Shown here: positions 12,031 to 23,600 of the stretch, in pieces | Position numbering within the stretch: position 1 is the first letter of the stretch | Layout: every line of letters starts with the position of its first letter | Assembly: GCA_028534125.1 (NCBI GenBank) | Contig: CM052817.1 | Span: forward strand, 1,118,001 to 1,182,000 | Reading direction: 5' to 3' | Length of the DNA stretch: 64,000 bases | Source of the DNA: Lama glama | Lineage: Eukaryota | Program-made: the position numbers and the translations under genes | Notes under the pieces: model-generated | Database searches by the model: none | Told to the model about the DNA's origin: nothing | The model's input: only the letters and a program-made list of their open reading frames with translations

Positions 12031-14289
12031 TCCTGGACCCTCCAGAGTGGGCCGCAGGGTGGGCACCCAGCCCCGGGACCGCGCATCAGAGCACTGCTCT
12101 GAAACCACCCCAGACTGTAGGAACTGAAAGCACAGTGAACATGACACTCTCCGCTAGGGTACATTCACATGTCTGAAGGCCGCTCCCAAGTCCTCCGTGT
12201 GGCGAGCGCAGCCAGGCCCCAGCTGCCCTGGGCGCCCTCCCAGCCCCCGTCAATGGCTATGCGCAGTCCGAGGCACCCGTGAGAGGCAGGAGTGACAGAG
12301 ACCTGGCACTCTCCCAGCAGGCTTTCCTGGTGACTCTGGCACGTTTAGAAAAATAGGAGCGGATCTAGAGAAATTGAGCACCAGCCGCCGTCACCTCACA
12401 CACAGCAGAAGGCAGAGGCGACGCTTCAAGTGTATGCCCTGGCATTTGTTGAAGTGTCAGTAGTTGTAAGTGAAGACGCCAAGCAGGGAACAGTCGTAAC
12501 TGCGCAGAAAGGAGGCTGCACCTGTGGGGCCCCTCACCCTGCCTCTCTGCTCAGGCACTGCGTGGCCTGGGTATCCTTGTCAGTCCAGCGATCAGTTTGG
12601 CCAAAGTTTCCAAACTGGAGGTGCCACACCGAGGAGGCAGCCGATTGCAAGCTCCGTGACGGCAGCCCTGTCTTCACTGTGTGTCCTTGGAACCCCAGGA
12701 ATGAAGCCCACGGCAGGAGTAACCCAGCAAGGCACGCTGCCTTCCTCCGCCCTCATCTCTATGGGACGGCAGCTCCAGTGTCTCCCGAGCACTGTGCGGG
12801 CACCACAGGCTGTCGGGAATAAATGAACAAACTGCGCTCTGCCAGGACGAAGCCTCTGAGGGCCGGGCCCGCCCGTGGTGTCACCCCTGTGTTCTCAGCA
12901 CCTGTGACCCTTCCTAGCACGCAGGAGCAATCCACAAATACTAGTTGAGAGAATAAAACGAAAGAGAAATAATTTTCACAATAACCCAGGCATTAACCAT
13001 TTCATGTATGAGACGGTGAGGCTTCCACAAGCTAAGCGACTTGCTGGAGCCGCAGCACTAGGAAACGAGCTGGGACCCGCTCTCAGGTCTGCCTAAACTC
13101 AGGGCTCTGCTGCCCCCGGAGCGCTGTCGGTGCCAGATGTTTCCTGAAATCATGTTTCTCAAGAGTACAAGAGAAAACCAAACCTCTGCAGCAGAGACGA
13201 GGGCAGGACAGCTGGCACAGAGAGCGCAGCACCCCACGCATGTGCCCACGGCGGCGCCAGCGCGGGGCTGGTGCGCTACACTCCACCTGGCCGCAGGCCC
13301 CGCGGGGGCTCAGGCGGCCTCGGCGGGCGCCACGGCCCCCTCTCCCGGCTGCGCCTCCCCCGGACAGCTGCGTGGCCCCTTCCTTCTCCCCATTAACGCT
13401 TTTGTTCAGCGGTCACCTCTCCCGTCAGTCCCTCTTCCCCCCTTGGGAACACTGCCTTCCCCGGCTCTGTACTTTCCACAGCATTTACCACCCTCCACAT
13501 CACAACTGACCTAACACATCCGTTGTCTGTCTTGTGCCCTCCAGCCCCCCAGGCTCCATGAGGGCAGAGGCTCTGGTCCATTCAGCAGCAGCTCCTTGAG
13601 CGGCCAGGCACACGGACGTGCTCAGTGAGCGTCTGTGGGACGAGTGAGGAGCGGCAGGATGTGGGGCTGGAGGAGGCGGTGGCGGCACGAGCCCAGGCCC
13701 TGAGAGCCGGGCAGAGGCCTCAGGCTGGCACCTGAGAGGTTCTCAGGCTGCTGCGCAGGACGTGGGGCAGACTAGAGTGGAAACCTGGGAGGGGAGAGAA
13801 GGGCAGTGGGGGGCAGAGGACCTGGCGGTCAGCTGGGCATGGCAGAGTCCTGCCTGAGGGACCGGGCAGCTGAGGGAGGGAAATGTGACTTTTTCACAGA
13901 GAGGCCTGAAGGAGAGCAGAGTGAAGAGAGCCGTGAGGGCTGAGAGCTTGCACGCTGGTGGGGGCACGCTGGTGGGGAGCTGCTGGGGAAGGAGGCAGGA
14001 GCAGCGAGGAGTGGGGAGCTGAGAGCTGGGAGGGGAACAGGCCCCCAGCGTGGCCCACCCGGGGAAGAGGGAGGCAGATGCGAGGGGCCACGCCAAGCCG
14101 GGAAGAGGGGCAGACTAGTCAGCAGCAGACAGCGTGCCAGCAGGGTGACAGTGGCCAAAGTGGGGACGCGAGGCAGCGCACAGGGCCCGGACCAGAGAGC
14201 ACGGGAGCCTCTGCCAAGCAGGGAAGGAGGCTGGGCCCAGCGGGGCCGAGGGTGCGCCGCCGGCCAGCATGGCTGCGGGGAACAGGCTC

Positions 14290-14770
14290 CTCTCCCTCCC
14301 GCTCTTTGGCCCTGGTGGTCGGTTAGCTGCAGGTCACAACCAGTGCTTTCAAAGGTGACACTGAATAAGACAAAAAGGAGGAGTGTGCATTGGTCAGAGT
14401 GGTGCCAGCGTCCCCGCAGAAAGGCGATGCAGGGGACGTGCTGGAACGCTCCGCTTCGCACTGTGGAGAGAGCCATGGGGACTGAGGGGGCCACACGTTT
14501 TACTCTACATAGAAATAATAAAGTAATAAAGCACTAACATAACAAAGTATAGAGACTTAAAAATCTCACTTGGGTTTCAAATAGAGGTGCAGATTTAGTG
14601 ATAATTATCTGATTTATGCAAATCTTGCTTAATCGATATTCTGATAGACACGTAAATGATACCACGTAGGGGATATTCAGCAGCAAAGCGGACGAAGCCA
14701 CACACCAATAACGCAGAGCCCGTGGCTACAGTAACTCAAATTGCTGCCATTAACATTTATGTGGCTCTAC
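14290..14770 (+). pseudogene. GREB1-like relic segment 8
   Basis: PVLSK..CWNAPLRTVERAMGTE (cf. VILSK..AWVSSLRPLLNKDMSSE); same frame I*FMQILLN (cf. LQFLRILFR); shifted frame SPWLQ*LKLLPL (cf. EPWPDIESFSKMPF). Confidence 0.6.
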
Positions 14771-15049
14771 CATTTACTGGTGAAAACAGGGCTTAAATGT
14801 TGGACCAGGAAAGCAAGGCCTCTTCATCTGGTGGTGTAGTCTCAGCCCTGAGACAAATTTCCTAAGAACCTTAACCAAATGACAACTTAAGGCGGCTCGC
14901 ACGCTGGAAGACAGAATAGAACATTTGCTGTCAGAACAAGAAAGATAGGGAACAAATAGCCCTTACTTTTCTCAGCGCATTCAGAGGGGCATTGGTTAAA
15001 TTAAACTTATCCTATGCAGCAGGTTTAAAACGTGTAACCCTTATTTCTG

Positions 15050-15550
15050 CTGATAGGAAAAACACCATACTCTTGCCACTTGTGAAGGACACCGGCTGTT
15101 CCGGGCCATGAGGCATCTTCTTTCCCTTTTTCCTTAGCAAATGGCACTCCGGTTTTCATCAGGGCCCTCCCGCCTTTACATCAGCCAGCAGAGCCCATCT
15201 TCTGGCCACAGTGACTAGTTCAAGGATGGCCTGTGGCTGCTCCTGACAGAGGTGTAAGGAGATGCTTGCTGAGGGCGTCTGCAGAAGAGGTTTCCTCCCT
15301 TCATGAAAGTACGTGGAGAGACATTGTTCATCCCCACTGAAGGGAAACTCATTAGGTATTGCTAAAACCTACTGGGATGCCAAGGAAGAGAAGCTGAGAA
15401 AGAGGGGACAGAAGCTGGACCTGCCAGTACAACTTTGACTGCCAGATCAAACCTTGCCTGAAGCTAGCCCTTCCTTAGACGTCTAAATCAGGTATGCTGA
15501 GAAAGGCTGTAATTGTCTGATTCTCTGTTACGTGCAGCTGGAAGTGTTTG
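15050..15550 (+). mobile_element. MaLR (MLT1-like) LTR relic
   Basis: tggccacagtgactagttcaaggatgg.. and 3' end ttctctgttacgtgcagctggaag. Confidence 0.6.
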
Positions 15551-16508
15551 AATGAGCCAGCAGATTAGAGGTGTTTTAATCACCAGTTTGGACTCTTGGG
15601 GAGAAGCAATTAGTCGGTGTGGGACTCACGGTCCTCAAAGCCCAGCTGCCCTCCCCTCTCAGTCTCACTCCTCCACTCGTGCTGCTCCTGCCTCAGGTGG
15701 TATCTGTGGGGAGGAGCCTACATACCCCACAGCATCAGGATGACGGGTCCCATGTCACCAGCTTGTGGCCAACCGCCCTTGCTGCTCCTGCCAGTGACGC
15801 CTGCTAGCACACCAGGGCCAGCATCCGACGGCCCCTCGTCTGCCGACTGGGTCCTGGCCTTGGCCCTGCCTGGCATGGCTAGTCTGTGGGAAACTCAGAC
15901 GTCTCCTACATGTGGACTGTGGGACTGTCCACCTCACAGCTCCCTCTGCGGCCCAGCCGGAACCAGACAAACATGGTGGTCCTGCACTTCCCACCAGAGG
16001 ACCACAGAACCAAGGACCATGGGATCCCATGCCCCTTGGGGCCCATGGAGACTGGGCAGGAGAAAGCCGCCCCAGGCTCCTTGCCCAAACACCCATGCCC
16101 TGTCTTGGCTTAGCGCTCCTGGAAAGGACTGCCTCCTCCCAGGCTTCTAGGCTAGAAGCCCAGCCTCACCGCCGTGTGTTACAGGCCACGGGGGTCTAGT
16201 CCCCTCCTCTGGCTTCTCCCCAGGGGGCTGGGCCAGAGCCCTTTGAGAGATACTCATGCCTCTTCCTCTCAGCACTTCCTCCAAGCCCACAGGAGCTCTC
16301 CAGCCTTCCTGTGAAGCGGACCTGCCCCACAGTGTATCTTGCATGCCTTACATTATAAACTTTATAAGGTAAAACTCTGAAAATACAAGTCTCTGAGTCT
16401 TGATATTTAAAGAGAAGCTTCTGAAATTAAAAAAATAAATAAAACCTCAAACACTTTTTGATCTTCATTTCTGATACTTTCCTCGTTTCTGCTGTGCTCT
16501 TTCGCAAG

Positions 16509-16690
16509 TTCTGTGTTGGAAGCCAGAGCTGAACAGAGACTTCTTTATTCTCAGCTGTATCCCCCTCTCCCTCTGAAGAAACAGAGGCCTCAGCCCCAAA
16601 GAGCAGGCAGTTTCGAAGGAGCAAGAGGTGCTGGGAATGAAATACAAAGCGGACAGTGTTTTGAAACCATCCTTGTGCAACTAAGCATTT
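16509..16690 (+). pseudogene. GREB1-like relic segment 9
   Basis: Pyrimidine tract plus aag|. SVLEARAEQRLLYSQL..FETILVQLS resembles SVHDPKYSLMSLVYTEKL..RETVSIMLT. Confidence 0.5.
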
Positions 16691-17289
16691 CGTCTGTTAG
16701 AACTGCCAATAAGAAGGCGACCCTCCCAGGAAGGCGGCGCGGACACACTCTCCCTTCTCCTCCCGCTGGTACACTAAACGCCCTGACCGCCGTGCAGGAA
16801 GCAACTGTGAGACGGCTCTGAGGGTGGAGAGAACGAGGCAGACTGGCTAGGGCCCACAGGACCCGGCTTCCTTTGCTTCATACGTCTCAGACTGGATGCT
16901 GGAGAAGCCAGTAACACGGACAGGCCAATGGCCACCGACAAAAAAAAAAAAAAAGCCCCAGCAAAGGCCTGCTCTCTCCAGCCAAAGGACAGGACAGGGC
17001 CAGACCAGCAAGACAGAGAACTTCCACACAAGGGCAGTACCACTTTGGTCAAACACTACAGGAAAAAAACCTGCGGCTGAGTTTAGCAAGTTTAGCATTC
17101 TTGCTAAAGCTCCTCTTCGTAATTTTCCACCCACTGATCCTCTTCCCCTCCCCATTGGCTGTAAATCCTCAGCTGTCTTTGCTGTATTTGAAGTTGCATT
17201 TGCCCTCTCTCCCCTACTGCAATAATCTTGAATACACTCTTCCTTGTCTGTTTAGCTCTGGTGCAATTTTTCTTTGACAAAATATAACA

Positions 17290-18170
17290 TATCAAAATTT
17301 GTGGAAAACAGCTAGAACGGTGCTGAGAGGGAAATTTTACAGCACTAAAAATGCATAATGAGAAAAAAGGAAAGGCCTAAAAGCAATGATCTAAGAGCCC
17401 ACCTGAGAACCTAGAAAAAGAAAAGCAAAATAAACCCAAAGCAAACAGAAAGGAAATAATAAAAAACAAAAATGAATAAAACTGAAAACAGAGAAAAACC
17501 AATGAAACAAACATCTAGTTCATTGAAGTAGCCGATAATACTGACAAAACTCTAGCAAGAAGAAAGGGGACAAGTTCCCAATGTCGGAATGCAACAGGGA
17601 AGGTCACTCCAGACCCTGTGGGCGTCGGGGGCACGGGAACGCTGGTGAACAACGGCATGTATGTCAACTTCTCAACTCAGACGAAATGGACCAAGTCCTC
17701 AAAAAGTACAATCAGAATCGCCCAGTATGAAACACACAGTAAGAACAAGCCTATAAAATGTTAAGAAAATTGAACTCATGATTTTAGAAGTCTCCAAAAA
17801 GAATCATCACGTCCAGATGACTTTATTAACAAATTCTGCCAAATAGTTAAAGAAGAATTAGTAACAATTCCACACAGCATCTTCCAGAAAATGCACAAGG
17901 AAGGATCACTTCCCACAGACTAGTATCATCCAGATACCAAACCAGATGAAAACAGATCAATATCCCTCATGAATAAACACACACAAATCCTTTTAAAATA
18001 CCAGCACATAGAATTCAGCATATATTAAAAAAAATGACCCAGCAATTGCACTCCTAAGGACTTATCCTAGAGAATGAAGACTTCAGTTCACACAAAAACT
18101 GTACATGAATGTTTACAGCAGCCTTATTTATAATAACCCCAAGCTGGAAACAACTCAGATGCCCTTCAAA
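17290..18170 (+). mobile_element. L1 ORF2 relic
   Basis: gagagggaaattttacagcactaaa, aaacccaaagcaaacagaaggaaataataa and gacccagcaattgcactcctaagg motifs. Confidence 0.85.
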
Positions 18171-18349
18171 ACTGCATTGCCACACATACCTAAGAGCTCC
18201 AAGTGGCAGTCAATTGCCCAAGGGGAACTTAATACTTTTTTCAAAATATAAGGTATTTTAAATATCTTCTTTTGAAAAAACAATTTTTCTCAAAATTATA
18301 AAAAGAATTTTCTATAAAATATATATCTGCTGTTCAAAATATTAAGAAG

Positions 18350-19210
18350 ACTCTTAACTAGAAGAATTCATTCTTTGTATTCTTCAAAATACTACAGTGT
18401 TATGAAAAATGCTAATTCATCATACACACAAGCTCCAAATAATTAATATTTACACCGCTGGAGGAAATTTTTTTACCTAATGAATACAAGTGGCAAGAAC
18501 TAATGCTGTATATTTTTTCCTAAATGTCCCCCTCTGATAATATATAAGCTGTATATAGCACTCGATAACTAAGATTTAAGTCCCCAATTTTATTCATTCC
18601 TTTAAGAACATTTAGCGACTACCTGTCATATGGTAGACACCACTCATTTCTGGGATAAAATGCGGAGGCGACTCAAGGAGTCAACAGTAGAAGGAGGCAG
18701 TCACCAGAGCAAGGGAGTAAGTGATGTCACAGGTTGAGTAGAAGATGCTTTGGGAATGCACAGCTGTAATGAAACTGTCGCCAATTAAGATCATGTGAGA
18801 CTAGACAAATGGGCTACGGGCACAGAACTGAGAGCCTAGAAACACCCATGCCTTTATCAAAGTTCATATCTCGCAGATGCACTCCAAATTATTTTAAGTT
18901 ACTCAAAATTGTTATAAGTTATCATTGGAATAATATATATGAAAAGCATTAAAACGTAACAATAGAGATTTGGGATAGAAGGGAGAAGTAATTTGGGAGG
19001 AACACACTTGGGAAAGGATAAATGGGGGCTTTAAATGTATCCAAGCAAGCTTTTAAGCAGATGATGGATACACAGATGTTCATTATATTGGCTCCATACA
19101 TAGAGGAAAAGAGGCATCTGATCGACTTTGGGCGTGGGAGGATGAGGTGGAGCTTCCTGCTGGACATGTTTCCTGAGTTGAGACCAGGAGACCGGGTGGT
19201 AATCGGGTGA
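18350..19210 (+). pseudogene. GREB1-like relic segments 10-11 (start of glycosyltransferase-like region), split by an L2-like stretch at ~18590-18780
   Basis: FIIHTSSK*LIFTPLEEIFLP (cf. FIIPKSKESHFVFS..LESMRLP); IYEKH*N (cf. LYRKYWPN); EKRHLIDFGRGRMRWSFLLDM (cf. [22 protein letters not shown]). Confidence 0.65.
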
Positions 19211-19525
19211 AGGAGGATGTGTTCAGGGACCTAGGGCAGCAGGTGTCTAAACAGAGGGGAGAAGAGCAATGGCTCGAGGACAAAGGAAAGCATGAGGGTC
19301 CAGGAGTCACAAATCACAGCAGAGCATCACCCACAACCTGTCAAACATCATCTAGCTCCAACTCAAATACAAACATGCTAGCAAAATGCTGTGCATAGAA
19401 AACTAAAGGAAATAAAGACTCACAAAGGAACCAAAGCAAAAATCCAGCTAAATAATGATCAGATTTTAACACTTCCAATCAATACATTTTTTAAATATAA
19501 CATTAAAAAATTTTTTTTAACCTAG

Positions 19526-20600
19526 AAGAAGTATCAGGCAGGACTCTGGACACTAAAGAATTCATAAAATTACAATGTGAAAGGTCAGATATTTTGAATT
19601 ACAAAATGTTGATAAAGTCTGAGCCAGCATCGCAAATGGCACTGCAGTGAAATGAAGGTATTAACAAAAACTGGCCTTGTTGATGGAGAAACATTAGAAG
19701 GGACATCTAAAGCCACACCTGATAAGGAGGTATCAGACAACGGAGAAATGCTAAGAATGCAGCTCCCGGCAAGTGCAACAAGAGCCAACACCCCCAGCAC
19801 CTTCCCAGGAGAAAGTCTTGGTAAAAAACACGGCAGTTGTAAGAGGGACACACAAAACAAGGAGTGACAGGCACAAAGTCTGCAGTATCTGAGTCAGGGG
19901 GCGAGGAGAGTTCAGGTGAATCGAAGGCCTCAGGGCCACGCGGGCCTGGGATGACAGCGCGCCACAGTCTGGCACGGGGAAGGGTTTGGCCCCACTGTCA
20001 ACATGCTGCGATCCTGATGATGACCCCAAACCAGACGGCTCTGAGACACTGGAAGACAACTCGAGAGGGGATCACACGTCCAGGTTTCACTTGATAAAAC
20101 CTTGGCGCCTACCACGTCCCAGGTGCAAAGCCAGGCCAGGAGAGGCGTCAGTGAGCCGGAAGGAAAGGCCCTCGTCCTCATGGAGCTCACAACTCAGTGA
20201 GGCAAAGAGAAGTAAGCAGGCAGTTGAAACACAATGTAGTAAACATCACCGTAGGGGAAGTACAGGGAATGTCCAGGAGGGACACTGGACGGAGGCTCTG
20301 ATAAAGCAAAGACTGGCTAACAATCTAGCCAGTGCTAAGAGAACACAGAGAATGCTAGGTTTTAGACGGATTAAGAAGTATGAGATGGGAGCTTTATTTC
20401 CACCAGTTGAAAAGGAAGTGCCCTCACCTTAGCAGTGAGGGAAAGACAGGTGATATATAAGATCCTCACTCCCCTGAACCCAGGGGAGTGAGTGCCCAGC
20501 AGAGAACTGGCCAGTGTGGGGCGTGAGGACACTGCCAGAGGCTGGGAAAGCGCCACGGAAGGGACAAGAAAACAGCACACAGCACTCACCCGGGGCCGGG
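19526..20600 (+). pseudogene. GREB1-like relic segments 12-13 (C-terminal region)
   Basis: tttttaacctag| VSGRTLDTKEFIKLQCERSDILNYKML aligns ungapped to [37 protein letters not shown] (cf. FNNFSLMKKH); KSAVSES (cf. KIMVSES); QHAA (cf. QHAS); ENWPVWA*GHCQ (cf. DEWQFRLRDEFQ). Confidence 0.7.
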
Positions 20601-20699
20601 CAGTTCTGGCCCCGCCAGCCGTCCTCAGAGAACAGATAGCTCATGAGCAGCAGGTAGAATGCTCAGAGGGCCTTTCCTCAGGGGTGGGGAAGAGTTAGT

Positions 20700-23600
20700 T
20701 TTGGATGAAGCACTTCTCTGGACCCGCATAACAAATCATAAAAGCAAGACCAGAAAGGGACAAACTGTTTCTAAGTAACTTAACTCATCCCAGAACAAAG
20801 CTCAGGAGTATTTACGTGAATGCAAAAAGGCCCATCACCCAACCGTGTAAAACCCACCATCTCTAGCACCCAAACGAAGATGACTGCACCTGCAAAGCAG
20901 CAGGAAAACGGACTCATCGTGGGAATAACCGTCTACGGGAGCTGACCTGTGGTGGGCACAGATGCTGAGGTTACAGACGAGGACTTTAAAACAGTCCTTC
21001 TACTTGGATCCAATATGTTAAACATTACGGAGAGACATGGATGGCATAAAAAAGATCCAAAGTGAATTTCTAGAAGTGAAAACTGTAATGTTTAATATGA
21101 AAAGACACTCAGTGGGATTAACAATAGATCGGACATGAAAAAAGAAAAGATTAGTTAACTACAAGATACACTAACAGAAACTATCCAAATTGAAACAGGA
21201 AAAAAAATCCAAGGACAAGGAGAAAAATGAGTTTCAGGGAGCTATGGGACAAACACAGGTGACCTAATGTACGTAACCGTAAGTGGAGTTCCCAAAGGAG
21301 AGGCGACACAAGGAGGAACACAAAAAGTATGTGAATAAATACTTGCCAGTAACTTTCCAAATGTGATTAAAACTATAAACCCACAGATCCAAGAAACTCA
21401 AACATAGAAACAAAAAAATTATGCCAAGGTACATCATAATCAAATTTCTCAAAAGTAAGAAAGTGCTTAAGAGAAAAAGCTAAAAACAGCCTGAAAAAAA
21501 AAAAGACACAGATAGGGAAATGAAGATAATGGTGACAGTAGATTTCTTATCGGAAACAGTGTGAGAAGAGGGTAAAGTAACACCTTCAAATACTGAGGAA
21601 AAAAACTTCAACTGAGAATTTTATACCTCACAAAAAAACCATTTAGAAACAAAAGGGAAATAAAGACATTTTCAGGCCTACAGAAGCTGGAAGAATTCAT
21701 CAACAGCAGACCCACACTGTAAGAAGTGTTGAGAGGTTTCCTTAGGCAGAAGGAAAGTGATGCCAACCAGAAACCTGGATGTAGATGAGCAGGGAGGAGC
21801 CCTGAAACTTTACACGGGTAAACATTCAAGGTTTCTCTTGTTATTCACATCTGTTTAAGAGATATGGACTATTTAAGCAAAACTAAATACATTGCGGAGT
21901 TTGTAGCTGAAGCATAAAGTAAAATAAAAGACGATAATAACATAAAAGCCAGGAGAACAGAAACGGAACATTATTGGGAGCTGCTGTACTGTGTGCGGAA
22001 TGACAGGACTACTGAAGAGAGACTGTGAACTAAAGATGTCCACTGTAGACCCTAAACTAGCCACTAAGACAACAGCACAAAGTGTTACAGCCAATATATC
22101 AAAAGAGAGAAAAGAGAAGCTAAAAACTGAATCCAAAAGCAGACAGAAAAAGAGGCAAAGGGGAACAAAGAACAACTGGGACAGATACAAAGCAAACAGC
22201 AAGATCGCAGACAAAGCCGACCGTGTAAGTACTGACGTCACACGCAGACGGACTGACGTCCCAAGTGAAAGGCTGACACCAGAATGAACAGAAAAGCAAG
22301 ACCAACTTCCTACGTAAATGCACTTTGCATGTAATGAGAACAACTGCTTAAAATTACAAGGATGGAAAAATGCCGTGCTAACACTAGCTAAAAGAAAACT
22401 GCAGTGGCTATTATAACTTTAACATTAAATCATATTTTTATTATTTTTGCAATCATCTCCATCCTGGATGCCTGAACCACAGTTACTCCATTTTGATTTT
22501 TAAGTGCATTCTATCCTCTAGGCTAAAACAGATGAACAACCCATGTGTGACAGGCCGTGAGACAGGCTGTCCACTGACATCAGGAACGAAGAAAGATTTC
22601 AAATCAATAAACTCAGTTTCGATTGGATTACCACAGTCTGCTGATTCTTATTTTGTAGTTGGCTTTATTCCTTTGATATCTATGTAAGTTTAAAAAGCTA
22701 AAGCTCTAATCTGTTCTTAGAAACAGTAATTAGCACACATATGTACACTAAAACAAATGTGCTGTATACTGCATGTATGTCTTTACATGCAGTATAACGT
22801 GTATGTGCAGTTGAACTGCAATAATTCTACCTAAGAAAGCTGAAAAAGGAGAAAAAAATAAACTCAGTTTCCACCTCAAGAAATTAGACACGGGAGAGCA
22901 AATTAAGCACAAAGTGAGCAGAAGGAAGAAAACGAGAGACGTCCAATCACAAGCCAGTGAAATGAAAAACAAAGACAGCAGGGAAAATCGACGCAACCAA
23001 AACCTGACCTGGGGAAACAAGTGAAGACACCAATCACTAACACCAGGGTGAGAGGGGCCACACCACTACAGGTTTCACAGACAGCAGAAGAATAAGGGAA
23101 CATTATAAATTGCTTTATACCAAAGAGTCCAGCAGTTCAGATGAAATAAACGAATTCCCAGAAAGACACAAACCACCAAGGCTCCCCGAAGAGAAACAGA
23201 CCACACAAATAACCCCGCATCAATGACAGAAATTGAACCTGTAGCTAAATACCTTCCCGCCTAAAACCTCCAGGCCCAGACGATTTCCCTAGTAAGTCCC
23301 ACCAAACAGTTTTACATAAATCCTTCCAGAAATTAATTGAAGGGGAGGGAATACCTCCCAATTCATTATCTGAGGTTGGCATTATCGAAGTCTGGTCTGT
23401 GATACCAAGAGCAAACAAAGACATCACAATAAAATAAAAAAAAACTACTAACCAATATACATCATTAAAACAGATGCAAAGATTCTAGACAAAATTTTAG
23501 AAAATTTAATCCAGCAACATATAAAAAGGATAATACATCAATAAAAAATAGGCTTTATTCCAAGAATGAGGTGTTGGCTTAACACTTGAAAATCTATCAG

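Larger units (their letters stand above)
972..20600 (+). pseudogene. Decayed GREB1/GREB1L-family gene nested antisense in POLN introns (N-terminal part presumably left of the window)
   Basis: About 13 TE-separated segments whose translations match human GREB1L in the correct order; many in-frame stops and frameshifts. Alignment by eye from memory. Confidence 0.75.

Noticed and set aside
14795..14945. GPGKQG..NFLRTL as the GREB1 GPPQVGKTG/QFLRIL match
   Set aside because: Out of order: a better in-frame match (FMQILL) and the following PW motif occur earlier, at ~14610-14760.
20150..20300. RPSSS resembling GREB1L RPHSS
   Set aside because: Falls in L2-like sequence (cctcatggagctcac), so probably coincidental; not counted as evidence.
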